Assembly: GCA_963747235.1 (NCBI GenBank)
Contig: CAVVEU010000027.1
Span: forward strand, 1-64,000
Direction: 5' to 3'
Source of the DNA: an uncultured Candidatus Rokubacteria bacterium
Lineage (GTDB): Bacteria > Methylomirabilota > Methylomirabilia > Rokubacteriales > CSP1-6
DNA: 64,000 bases
Numbering within the stretch: position 1 is the first letter of the stretch; every line of letters begins with the position of its first letter. The notes beneath the pieces were generated by a model that had not been told where the DNA came from, did not search any database, and worked only from the letters and a program-made list of their open reading frames with translations. A program made the position numbers and the translations under genes. Shown here one piece after another: positions 8,924 through 21,724 of this stretch.

Positions 8924-9481
8924 TCAGGCGGTCTTGCGCGGCGGCAGCAGGTAGCCGATCAGCAGCACGTTCAGGTGGAGCAGCAGCAGCTTGTTCCACG
9001 CCACCGCCGCCCGGAGCGCCGCCGCCGGGTCACCCAGCTCGTCGCGAAAGATGCCGGCGAGCGCGGTCTGGGTGAGGCTCATCGCGGCCACCATGAACTG
9101 CGGGGGGATCTTGCCGCCCGGCCCGTAGTCGCGGTGGCTGTGGGCGAGGCCGACCGAGAGCAGGTAGTACACGAAGTCGTGGGTCAGCGCGGCCTCGGCG
9201 GTCTCGCGCAGCCATCGGGCGAGACTGTGCTTGCGCCGGTCGATCCGGGTGCGGTCCGGCGCCCCGTCCGGGCCCAGGAAGAAGCGCGCGGTCGCGGGAA
9301 AGCGCAGGAAGTGCTCGTAGAGGGCGCTGGTGAGCGCGGCCTCGTGCTTCAGGATCGCGGGCGCGCTCGCGCGGATGGCGGCCGTGTCCGCCTCGTCCAG
9401 GCCGACGAATTCGGCCAGCTCCCGGACGTATCGCTCGAGATCGGCTCCCGGGGGTACTCGCTCGTCTTCCTCGCCGCTCAT
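8924..9481 (-). CDS. Standalone protoglobin / globin-sensor domain protein
   Basis: FVGLDEAD, LYEHFLRFPATARFF, VGLAH (proximal His), AWNKLL. Confidence 0.8.
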   Translation of the reverse strand: MSGEEDERVPPGADLERYVRELAEFVGLDEADTAAIRASAPAILKHEAALTSALYEHFLRFPATARFFLGPDGAPDRTRIDRRKHSLARWLRETAEAALTHDFVYYLLSVGLAHSHRDYGPGGKIPPQFMVAAMSLTQTALAGIFRDELGDPAAALRAAVAWNKLLLLHLNVLLIGYLLPPRKTA

Positions 9482-9515
9482 GGGTCCCTCCTGTTCGCGT
9501 GCGATAATACCGTGC

Positions 9516-10031
9516 ATGCGAACCACCGTCGCGTCCGTGCTGGTGGGGCTGCTGGCGGGCGTCCTCGCCGCGTGCGCGTCGTCCTCGGCCGGCCTGCCCT
9601 ACAAGCCCGCGGTGCAGCCGCCGGGCGCCACCGTATCCGCCGCCTACACGATCGTGAGCGACCGGCTCCGGGTCGAGATCGACGGCCGCGGGCGCCGCGT
9701 CGAGCGGGCGCAGATCGTGAAGCCCGACGGCGCCGTGCTCGAGGCGCAGACCATCGAGTACACCCCGGCCGCGGGCGGCGGGGGCAGCCCGGTCAGCATC
9801 GGCTTCGGGATCGGCAGCTTCGGGAGCATGGGCGGCGGGGTGAGCACGGGGGTCGGCGTGTCGACGGGCGGGGTGGTGGGCGGCGGCGGGAGCAGCAGTG
9901 AGGTCGGGAGCAGCATCGCCTCCTTCCCGCTCGCCCAGGCCGGGCCGAGCCCCTGGCGGGTACGCGTCAAGCTCCAGGGCACCGATCCGGCCGACATCCT
10001 GGTCGGCGAGCCCGGGCCCGCTCCGCGCTGA
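9516..10031 (+). CDS. Lipoprotein with Gly-rich segment
   Basis: Lipobox LAAC; SIGFGIGSFG..GVGVSTG. Confidence 0.7.
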   Translation: MRTTVASVLVGLLAGVLAACASSSAGLPYKPAVQPPGATVSAAYTIVSDRLRVEIDGRGRRVERAQIVKPDGAVLEAQTIEYTPAAGGGGSPVSIGFGIGSFGSMGGGVSTGVGVSTGGVVGGGGSSSEVGSSIASFPLAQAGPSPWRVRVKLQGTDPADILVGEPGPAPR

Positions 10032-10046
10032 GCGACCGGACGCCGG

Positions 10047-10998
10047 TCAGCGCCGGCGGCGGGCCCGCGGTGGCGCCGGGGCGGTGAGCGCGGGCGCGCC
10101 GGCGGGCCGCCGCTCTTCCATCTCCTCGAGCGTGCGCGGCCAGTCCTGGTGCAGCAGCCGCGAGAGCGCGCGGTCGGCCAGGAGGCGCCCGGCGGTCTGG
10201 CACCGCGCGCAGTAGTTGGTCTCGTTCTCCGCGTGCACGATGCGCTGCACCGGCGCGCCGCAGTCGGGGCAGGGCCGGCCGTAGCGGCCGTGCACCGCCA
10301 TGTCGGGGCGGAACGCGGTCACGCCCTCCGGGAACTCGCCCCCCGCCTCCCGCCGCAGCCGCTCGATCCAGTCGGCCAGCGTGGCCTTCGCCGCCTCGAA
10401 GAGCCGCGCGCTCTCCTCCTCGGAGAGCTGGCGCGTCATGCGCACCGGCGAGAGCCGGGCCCGGTGCAGGATCTCGTCGGAGTAGGCGTTGCCGATGCCG
10501 CTCAGGATGCGCGGGTCGGTCAGCGTCCGCTTGAGCGTGTGGGACTCGCGGGTGATCGCGTCCCGGAAGGCGTCCGCGTCCGCGGTCCAGAGCTCGAGGC
10601 CGCCCGGATCGTGGGCGGCGAGGGCGGCCTCGCCGCGAACCAGATGGAGGGCGGCGCGGCGCTTCGATCCCGCCTCGGTGAGGGTGACCGTGCCGGTCGA
10701 GAAGTCGAGCGCGGCCAGCCCGATCTTGCCGGGCAGCTTCGCGCCGGCGTCCTTCCAGTGCAGCCGGCCCGCGATCATCAGGTGGACGAGCACGAAGAGC
10801 TCGCCCTCGAGCGCGATCACGATGCGCTTGCCCAGGCGCCGGACGCCGGTCACCGCGCGGCCCACCGACCTCGGCGGGTGGCGGATCCACGGAGCGCAGC
10901 ACGAAGGGGTTGGCGAGCCGGATGCGCTCGAGCCGCGCGCCGCCGATGCGCGCGGCCAGCGCTTCGAGGTAGACGGTGACGTCGGGCAGCTCGGGCAT
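10047..10998 (-). CDS. Fpg/Nei family DNA glycosylase (frameshift near 10860)
   Basis: MPELPDV start, RRLGKR, HLMIAGRL, GIGNAYSDEIL, C4 zinc finger. Confidence 0.9.
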
Positions 10999-11070
10999 GG
11001 CCGGATCGCGCCAGTGTAGAGACCGAGCGCGTGGCCGCGCAAGCGGGGCCCCTGTGGTACGGTGCGGAGC

Positions 11071-13163
<2,093 letters not shown>

Positions 13164-13167
<4 letters not shown>

Positions 13168-14242
13168 GGGGGCGACGTCGACGTCGGACGTAGCGCCCGC
13201 TCTCCTCGCTCACCTTCGTCGCGAGCTGCACGCGGCCGATCTCGCCTACGCCGAGCCGCCGGCCCCGATCAGCGGCGGCTTCGACACCTCCATCTACGCC
13301 TTCCGCCTGAGCGCCGGGCCCGCCGCGTGGTCGGGCCCGCTCATCCTGCGCGTGCTGAGCCCGGGCCACGATCCGGTGCGCGCGCTCCGGGAGCGCGCCA
13401 CCCAGAACGCGCTCGCCGGGCTCGGATATCCGGTGCCGCGCGTGCTCATCGCCAGCGCCGACCGCGGGCCACTCGGCACCGGGTTCCTCGTGATGGAGCG
13501 CGCGGCCGGCCGCCCGCTCCTGGCCAGCCGCCGGCCCGGGATCGGGCGGATGCTCGCCGAGGCGCAGGCGCGCCTGCACGGGCTCAACGCCGAGGCGCTC
13601 CTGCGTACGCTGGACGACGAGGGCCGCGCGGCCGGCTGGGTCTTCGATCGTGACGCGGTCGGCTTCGAGAGCCATCTCGCCTCGCTCGACCGGCGCATCC
13701 AGGCGGCCGGGCTCGCCGGCCTGGCGGACGGGATGCGCTGGCTCCGCACGCGCCAGCCCGCCGAGCGGTCCGCGCGCGTGATCTGTCACGGCGATTTCCA
13801 CCCGCAGAACCTGCTCGCGGAGAACGGGCGGGTGACCGCGGTGCTCGACTGGCCCAACGTGCTGGTGGCCGCGCCCGAGTACGACGTGGCCGCGACGCGC
13901 GTCATCCTCACCCAGACGCCGCTCGCCCTGCTGCCGATGCCCGCCGCGCTCCGGCCGCTCGCCGCCGCGGGACGGCGGCTCCTGGCCGCGCGCTACCTGG
14001 CGGTCTACCGCAAGCTGCGCCCGCTCGATCGGACGCGGCTGCCGTACTTCGAGGCGGCGGGGTGCATGCGCGGGCTGGTGCGCGCCGGGGAGGCGCGCGT
14101 GGGGGCGGGCGCGGCGCCGAGCCCGCTCGACGCCTCGTCGTTCGGCGAGCGGCTCGCCGCGCGCTTCGGGCGCGCCAGCGGCGTCCCGGTGACGCTGCCG
14201 CCGCCGCCGCCGCTGACCGTGCTACCATTCCCGCGAAAATAG
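13164..14242 (+). CDS. Aminoglycoside phosphotransferase / choline kinase family protein
   Basis: GGFDT, CHGDFHPQN, VLDW. The frame is open upstream of 13352; a start at GTG 13164 needs one extra G in a homopolymer. Confidence 0.8.
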
Positions 14243-14264
14243 ATCACCCGGCTCCGGAGGCCCC

Positions 14265-15673
14265 ATGAACGCGACCGATCTGGCCTACACGCCCGCAACC
14301 GAGCTCATTCCCCAGATCCGGTCGAAGGCGCTGTCGCCGGTGGAGCTGACCCGGGCCGTGCTCGAGCGCATCGAGCAGGTGAACCCGAAGATCAACGCGT
14401 TCTGCACGGTGACCGCGGACGCGGCGCTCGCCGCCGCGCGCGCCGCCGAGGACGCGGTGATGAAGGGCGGGCGGCTCGGCCCGCTCCACGGCATCCCGGT
14501 CTCGATCAAGGATCTGGCCCTGGTGCACGGCGTGCCCGCGCGCTTCGGCTCCCACATCTTCGCCACAGCGCGTCGGCGAGGTGGACGCGCCGTACGTGCG
14601 CCGGCTCAAGGAGGCGGGCGCCATCCTCACCGGCAAGACCAGCCACGCCGGAGTTCGGCTGGAAGGCGCTCGGCGATAGCCCGCTCACCGGGATCACGCG
14701 CAATCCGTGGAACCTCGGCATGACGTCGGGCGGCTCGAGCGCGGGCGCCGGCGCGGCGACCGCGGCGGGGCTGGGGCCGCTCCACCAGGGCTCGGACGGC
14801 GCCGGCTCGGTGCGGGTGCCGTCGGCCTTCTGCGGGATCTACGGGCTCAAGCCCACCTTCGGGCGCGTGCCCATGTGGCCGGTGTCCAACACCGACAGCG
14901 CCTCGCACACCGGGCCGATGACGCGCACGGTGGCCGACGCCGCGCTGATGCTGGGCGTGATGGCGGGACCCGATGACTGGGATCGCCAGTCGCTCGACGC
15001 CGCCCCTGACGATTACGCGGGCCGCCTGCGCACCGGCATCAAGGGGCTGCGCGTGGGATGGAGCCTCGATCTGGGGTGCCTGCAGGTGGATCCCGAGGTG
15101 GGGCAGGTGGCGAAGCGCGCCGCGCTCGCGTTCCAGGAGCTGGGCTGCGTGGTCGAGGACGTGAAGGTGAGCTGGCCGGACACGCGCGAGATGATTCACC
15201 TGATGTGGAACGCGCACTATGCCGGCAACTACGGGCAGTACCTCGACGAGTTCCGCTCGCGCATGGACCCGGGCCTGGTGGCGGCCCTCGAGGACGGCCG
15301 CCGCTACAGCGCGGAGGCCTACGTGGCGATGCGCGGTCGCAAGCACGTCTACTGCGACGCGGTGCGCGCGACCTTCGACACCTACGATCTGCTGCTCACC
15401 CCGACGGTGTCGGTCGCGGCCTTCGAGGTCGGGCGGCTCAACCCGGTGGGCTTCCCGCAGCATCCGTGGGACTGGTTCCCGTGGGCCGGCTTCAGCTACC
15501 CGTTCAACTTCACCGGGCAGCCCGCCGCCACCGTCCCCGCCGGCTTCACCGCCTCGGGCATGCCGGTGGGCCTGCAGATCGTCGGTCGCCGCCTGGCCGA
15601 CCTTCAGGTATTGCAGGCCTCGGCCGCCTTCGAGCAGGCGCGGCCGTGGGCCCAGAAGCGGCCCAGCGTCTGA
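14265..15673 (+). CDS. Amidase, amidase-signature family (frameshifts near 14570 and 14640)
   Basis: GPLHGIPVSIKD, GGSSAG, GSDGAGSVRVP, GLKPTFGR, MPVGLQIVG. Confidence 0.9.
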
Positions 15674-15719
15674 GCGCGCGGCCGGTCTACGCGGCGCTCG
15701 AGGAGGTGCCCGCCGCCCG

Positions 15720-16392
15720 ATGAGCGCGCGCCCGTACGACATCATCACGTTCGACTGCTACGGCACGCTGATCGACTGGGAGGGCGGCATCGCGGGCGCG
15801 TTCACGCGCGCGGTGGTCGGGACCGGCAGCCGGCTCGATCCCCACACGGTGCTGGCGGCCTACGAGCGGATCGAGCCGGTGGTGCAGGCCGAGTCGTACC
15901 AGAGCTATCGCGAGGTGCTCACGGAGAGCGCGCGGCGGGTGGCCCGGGAGCTCGGCTGGGCCCTGCCCGAGGCGCGCGTGGGCTTCCTGGCCGAGAGCCT
16001 GCCGCTCTGGATCCCGTTCCCGGACACCAACGCGGCCCTCGAGCGTCTCTTCCGCGCGGGCTATCAGCTCGGCATCCTCTCCAACGTGGACGACGATCTG
16101 CTCGTGGAGACCCGCAAGCACTTCACGGTGCCCGTTCGACCTCATCGTCACCGCGCAGCAGGTGGGCTCCTACAAGCCGGCCGACGGGCACTTCACGACC
16201 GCGCGCGAGCGCGTCGGCGGGCGTCGGTGGCTGCACGCGGCCCGGAGCCACTTTCACGACGTGACGCCGTGCAAGCGTCTGGGCGTGCCGGTGGCCTGGA
16301 TCAATCGCGCGCGGGAGACGCGCGGCGAGCCCCGGCCGGACCGCGAGCTCGCCACCCTCACCGAGCTGGCCGACTGGCTCACCATTAGCTGA
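15720..16392 (+). CDS. HAD hydrolase, haloacid dehalogenase type II (frameshift near 16130)
   Basis: [24 protein letters not shown]. Confidence 0.85.
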
Positions 16393-16410
16393 GCCCGCGA
16401 GAGGATTCCC

Positions 16411-16869
16411 ATGGCACTCGAGCAGACGCTGAACGAGACGCTCACCCAGGCGATCAAGGCCAAGGACGCGCGGACCGCCGACGTGGTGCGCATGCTCAAG
16501 ACCAAGGTGCAGGAGCGCCGCACCGCCAAGGGCTTCGCGGGCGTGGTGGACGACGCCCTCGTCCTCGACGTGATCGGCGCCTACCGCAAGCTGCTGCAGA
16601 AGGCGGTGGCCGAGTACGACAAGCTCGGGGAGCGCGGCGCCGGGCCGGCCGCCCAGCTCCGCTTCGAGATCGACTTCTGCGAGCGCTACCTGCCGAAGAC
16701 GATGGACGACGCGGGGGTGCGCGCGCTCGTGAAGGAGCGCATCGGCACTCTCGGGATCACCGACCCCAAGCAGGCCGGCCGCCTGGTCGGCGAGATCATG
16801 AAGACCCACAAGGGCCAGGTGGACGCGGGCGACGTCAAGCGCGTCGCCGAGGAGCTGCTGAAGGGCTAG
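16411..16869 (+). CDS. GatB/YqeY domain protein
   Basis: AIKAKD..VVRMLK, YLPK, GEIMK..KGQVD. Confidence 0.85.
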   Translation: MALEQTLNETLTQAIKAKDARTADVVRMLKTKVQERRTAKGFAGVVDDALVLDVIGAYRKLLQKAVAEYDKLGERGAGPAAQLRFEIDFCERYLPKTMDDAGVRALVKERIGTLGITDPKQAGRLVGEIMKTHKGQVDAGDVKRVAEELLKG

Positions 16870-17339
16870 CGGAAGCGGGCGCGCGGCTCGTTCCGCAGCG
16901 CGTCGATTATTCGCATGTGATGACGACGCGGCATGGCGGGCAGGGCGTCCGGCGCGAAGTAGCGGATCTCGAGCGACTCGTCGTCGTTGACGCGGGGCTC
17001 GCCCGCGACCGGCCGGCACGCGAAGGTGATGCTCAGGATCGCGGCCTCGTCGCCGTTCGGGTAGCGCACGACGAACTCCGGTCCGCTGTAGACCCCGACG
17101 ATGCGCTCGGGGACGACCTCGAGGGCGGTCTCCTCGCGGATCTCCCGCACCAGGGTCTCCGCGGGCTCCTCCCCCGGCTCCATGATCCCGCCCGGCAGCC
17201 CCCACTCGCCGTTGTCGCTGCGGCGCTGCAGCAGCACCTGGCCGGCCGCGTCGAAGATGATCGCGGCGACTCCGGGCTGCAGGATGACGTCGTGGCCGAT
17301 CTTGGCGCGCAGATCGCGCATGTACGGCGAGATGGGCAT
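16866..17339 (-). CDS. NUDIX hydrolase
   Basis: Nudix box [22 protein letters not shown]. Confidence 0.9.
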   Translation of the reverse strand: MPISPYMRDLRAKIGHDVILQPGVAAIIFDAAGQVLLQRRSDNGEWGLPGGIMEPGEEPAETLVREIREETALEVVPERIVGVYSGPEFVVRYPNGDEAAILSITFACRPVAGEPRVNDDESLEIRYFAPDALPAMPRRHHMRIIDALRNEPRARFR

Positions 17340-17366
17340 GGCGGGAGCTCCGACGTGGGCGCGCCG

Positions 17367-18577
17367 CTACTTGCGGCTGCCCGCGTAGCGCTTCTCGACG
17401 TAGTCGTCGAGGATCTTCAGGAAGTCGGCGACGATGGCGTCGCCCTTGAGCGTGAGCTTGAGCGCGCCGTCCACGAAGACGGGGGCCTTGGGCTCCTCGA
17501 AGGTGCCGGGCAGCGAGATGCCGATGTCGGCGTGCTTGGACTCGCCCGGCCCGTTGACCACGCAGCCCATCACCGCGACCTTCAGCTCCTCCACGCCCGT
17601 GAAGCGGTTCTTCCACACCGGCATCTGGTCGCGCAGGTAGGTCTGGATCTGCTCGGCCATCTCCTGGAAGAAGGTCGAGGTGGTGCGCCCGCAGCCGGGG
17701 CACGCGGTCACCAGGGGCAGGAAGCTCCGGATCCCGAGCGACTGGAGGATGAGCTGGGCGACCTGCACCTCCTCGGTGCGATCGCCGTTGGGCTTCGGCG
17801 TGAGCGAGACGCGAATCGTGTCGCCGATGCCCTCCTGCAGCAGGATCGCGAGCCCCGCGGTGCTCGCCACGATGCCCTTGGCGCCCATGCCCGCCTCGGT
17901 GAGGCCGAGATGCAGCGGGTAGTCGGAGCGGGGGGCGAGCTTGCGGTACACGTCCACCAGGTCCTGCACGCCCGAGACCTTGGCCGAGAGGATGATGCGG
18001 TCGTGGCCGAGGCCGGTCTGCTCGGCGAGCTCGGCGGACTGGATCGCGCTCTCCACCATCGCGTTCATGGTGACGTCGCGCGCGTCGAGCGGCTCCGTGC
18101 TCCTGGCGTTGGCGTCCATCATCTGGGTGAGCAGGTTCTGGTCGAGGCTCCCCCAGTTGACGCCGATGCGCACCGGCTTGCCGTTGTCGATCGCGACCTC
18201 GGACGATCGCGCTGAAGTTCTCGTCGTGGTGCTTGCCGCCCACGTTGCCCGGGTTGATGCGGTACTTGGCGAGCGCCCGGGCGCAGTCGGGATACTTGGT
18301 CAGCAGCACGTGGCCGTTGTAGTGGAAGTCGCCGATCACCGGCACCGTCGACCTGCTTGACGATCTCGGGAACGGCGCGCGCCGCCGCCTCGGTGTTCAC
18401 GGTGACGCGCACCAGCTCGCTGCCCGCGGCGTGGAGCGCGTTGACCTGGGCCACCGTGCCGGCCACGTCGGCGGTGTCGGTGTTGGTCATGGACTGGACG
18501 ATGATCGGCCGCGGGCCACCGACCTTGACCCCACCCACGTCCACCGAGATCGTCTTGCGGCGCTGCGGCGCACTCAT
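17367..18577 (-). CDS. ispG: HMBPP synthase (frameshifts near 18200 and 18345)
   Basis: [44 protein letters not shown]. Confidence 0.93.
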
Positions 18578-18640
18578 GGCGTGCCACTCATCATATGGCC
18601 GTCATGATAGCACCGTCACCCCCGGAGTATGATGACGGCC

Positions 18641-19969
18641 ATGTCATCTTCCGAGGAGGCCCTCGTGGCCGGGACCGCCGGCCTCTTCGAGGCGCCGCGA
18701 TCCGCGCTCGAGCCCATGGCCCGGGATCTCACCCGGCAGATGGCGCGAGGGCTGGTGGGCGAGCCCAGCTCGCTCAAGATGTTACACACCTTCACGCGGC
18801 AGCCCTCCGGGCGGGAACGGGGGCAGGTGGTGGTGGTGGACTGGGGGGGCACCAAGGCCCGGGCCGGCCTGGTCGAGCTCGGCGGGGACGGGGTGGTCCG
18901 CTTGGCTGCGGAGGAGGCTCTCACCTTCTCCGAGGCGGACAAGCGCGGCGCGCCGGAGCCGGTCTTCGATCTGATCGCGCGCGCGGTCGCCCGCGTGGTC
19001 CGGGCGCGGGGCGTCGTCGTGGCGCCGCTGGCGTTCGTCTATTCCTATCCGGCCCGTCTCGAGCGCATCGATCGGGCGGTGGCGCTGGCCTCGACCAAGG
19101 GCTGGCAGCTCCAGGGCCTCGAGGGCCAGGACGTGGCCGCGCTGCTCGCCGCCGCGCTCCTCCGCGCCGGCCTCGCGCGGATCCGGCTCGCCGCGGTGGC
19201 CAATGACACGGTGGCCACGCTGATGCTGCAGAGCTACCGGGCGCGGGGTCGCGACGCGGGCGCGCGCCCGGCCGACGTGGGGCTGATCCTGGGCACCGGG
19301 ACCAACCTGGCCGCGGACCTGGGGCCGGCGGGCATCCGGAATCTCGAATCCGGGAACTTCGACGGGGTGGCCGCCGTCGAAACCCCGTACGACGCCGCGC
19401 TCGACCGCGAGATCGACGAGCCGGCGCCGGGCGCGCAGCGCTTCGAGAAGATGGTCTCCGGCCACTACCTGGGCGAGATCCTGCGCCGCGCGCTGCGGGA
19501 CCTGGGGCCGCGCGCGGCGCGGGAGCACTGGTCGGCGCCGTCCGCGCTCGCCACCCCGTTCGCGCTCGACAGCGCGCACCTCTCGCGCATCGCCGCGGAT
19601 CGCACCGGCGGGCTCGACGACGTGGACGCGCTGCTCCGCTCGCTCGGCGTGCCGAGCACGGTGGAGGAGCGGCAGGAGGTCCGCGCGCTCGGCGCGGCGA
19701 TCGCCCGCCGCGCGGCGCGGCTGGTCGGCACGGCGCTCGTCGGCACGCTGCGCTTCCTCGACGCGGAGCTCGCGGACCGGCGTACCATCGCGGTGGACGG
19801 CAGCCTCTGGGGCGGCTACCCGGGCTTCGAGGCGCTCGTGCGCGAGGCCATCGTCGAGCTGCTCGGCGGGGAGCGCGCGGCGCGGATCGAGACCGCGTAC
19901 GTGAAGGATTCCACCAGCGCCGGCGCGGCGGTCATCGCAGCCGTGGCGGCCACGCAAAGGAGCGAGTGA
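18641..19969 (+). CDS. Hexokinase (Hexokinase_1/_2 family)
   Basis: DWGGT, YSYP, TKGW, NDTVATL, ILGTGTN, FEKMVSGHYLGEILR, DGSL. Confidence 0.85.
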   Translation: MSSSEEALVAGTAGLFEAPRSALEPMARDLTRQMARGLVGEPSSLKMLHTFTRQPSGRERGQVVVVDWGGTKARAGLVELGGDGVVRLAAEEALTFSEADKRGAPEPVFDLIARAVARVVRARGVVVAPLAFVYSYPARLERIDRAVALASTKGWQLQGLEGQDVAALLAAALLRAGLARIRLAAVANDTVATLMLQSYRARGRDAGARPADVGLILGTGTNLAADLGPAGIRNLESGNFDGVAAVETPYDAALDREIDEPAPGAQRFEKMVSGHYLGEILRRALRDLGPRAAREHWSAPSALATPFALDSAHLSRIAADRTGGLDDVDALLRSLGVPSTVEERQEVRALGAAIARRAARLVGTALVGTLRFLDAELADRRTIAVDGSLWGGYPGFEALVREAIVELLGGERAARIETAYVKDSTSAGAAVIAAVAATQRSE

Positions 19970-21007
19970 TGCAGCTCGGCATGATCGGTCTCGGGCGCAT
20001 GGGCGCCAACATGGTGCGGCGGCTCAGCCGGGCCGGGCCACGACTGCGTGGTCTACGACGTCTCCGCCCCCGCGGTGCAGGCGCTCGCCCGCGAGGGCGT
20101 CACCGGGGCCGGCTCGCTCCAGGCGTTCGTCCAGGCGCTGGCCCGCCCCCGCACGGTGTGGATCATGGTGCCGGCCGCGGTGGTGGACCAGACGCTCGCC
20201 TCGCTCGCGCCGCTGCTCGAGCGCGACGACGCGATCATCGACGGCGGCAACTCGCACTACCACGACGACATCCGGCGCGCCGGCGAGCTGGGCGCCCGCG
20301 GCCTCCACTACGTGGACGTGGGCACCAGCGGCGGGGTGTGGGGGCTCGAGCGCGGCTTCTGCCTCATGATCGGCGGCGAGGCCGCGGTGGTGAAGCGCCT
20401 CGACCCGATCTTCGCGTCGCTGGCCCCCGGCCTCGGGAGCATCCCGCGCACCCCGGGCCGCGAGAAGATCGGCGGCACCGCCGAGCACGGGTACCTGCAC
20501 TGCGGCCCGAACGGGGCCGGGCACTTCGTGAAGATGGTCCACAACGGCATCGAGTACGGGCTGATGGCGGCCTACGCGGAAGGGCTCAACATCCTCCGCC
20601 ACGCCAACGCGGGGGCGGCGACGGCGGGCGCCGCGGACGCCGAGACCACGCCGCTCCGGACCCCGGAGCACTACCGCTACGACCTGGACCTGCGCGACAT
20701 CGCGGAGGTCTGGCGCCGCGGCAGCGTGGTCGCCTCGTGGCTGCTCGATCTCACCGCGAGCGCGCTCACCAAGAGCCGGGATCTGGGCGGCTTCTCGGGC
20801 CGCGTCTCCGATTCGGGGGAGGGGCGCTGGACCATCGCGGCCGCCATCGACGAGGGCGTGCCGGTGCCGGTGCTGAGCGCCGCGCTCTACGAGCGGTTCA
20901 GCTCGCGCGGCAACGGCGAGTTCGCGGCCAAGGTGCTCTCCGCGCTGCGCTTCGAGTTCGGCGGGCACCAGGAGAAGCCCGCCGAGGACGGGCCCAAGCG
21001 CGCGTGA
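19969..21007 (+). CDS. gnd: 6-phosphogluconate dehydrogenase, short decarboxylating type (frameshift near 20035)
   Basis: GMIGLGRMG, DGGNS, DVGTSGG, KMVHNGIEY, SDSGEGRW, FGGH. Confidence 0.92.
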
Positions 21008-21720
21008 GCGCCGCCGCGCGCGCGCCGGTGGTGTTCCTGGTGGACGTGGACAACACCCTGCTCGACAACGACTGCGTCACCGCCGACCTGCGGCGGCACC
21101 TGGACGAGGCGGTCGGGCCGGAGGGCCGGGCGCGCTACTGGTCCCTCTTCGAGCAGCTCCGCGCGGAGCTGGGCTACGCGGACTATTTGGGCGCGCTGCA
21201 GCGCTACCGGCTCGAGTTCCCGCACGATCTGCGTCTGCTGACCGTATCCGGCTTCCTGGTGGACTACCCGTTCGCGAATCGGCTCTATCCGGGCTCCCTC
21301 GACGTGCTCGAGCGCTTCCGGGGCTGGGGGCCGACCGTGATCCTCTCCGACGGGGACGTGGTGTTCCAGCCGCGCAAGGTGGAGCGCTCCGGCCTGGGCC
21401 GGGCGGTGGACGGCGTGCTGATCTACGTGCACAAGGAGCGCGAGCTCGACGACGTGGAGCGCCGGTATCCGGCCGACCACTACGTGCTGGTGGACGACAA
21501 GCTCCGCGTGCTCACCGCGGTGAAGCGCGCGTGGGGCCCGCGCGTCACCACCGTGTTCCCGCGGCAGGGGCACTACGCGCACGATCCGGAGACCCTCGCC
21601 ACGAATCCGGCCGCCGACCTCACCGTCGAGCGCATCGGCGACCTCATGGACCACGATCTCTCCACGCCACGGGCGCGCGCCGCGGCCGGCGCGGCCGCCG
21701 GGCCGGCCACCGGGAGATGA
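21004..21720 (+). CDS. HAD family hydrolase
   Basis: [22 protein letters not shown]. Confidence 0.85.
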   Translation: MSAAARAPVVFLVDVDNTLLDNDCVTADLRRHLDEAVGPEGRARYWSLFEQLRAELGYADYLGALQRYRLEFPHDLRLLTVSGFLVDYPFANRLYPGSLDVLERFRGWGPTVILSDGDVVFQPRKVERSGLGRAVDGVLIYVHKERELDDVERRYPADHYVLVDDKLRVLTAVKRAWGPRVTTVFPRQGHYAHDPETLATNPAADLTVERIGDLMDHDLSTPRARAAAGAAAGPATGR

Positions 21721-21724
21721 CCGC

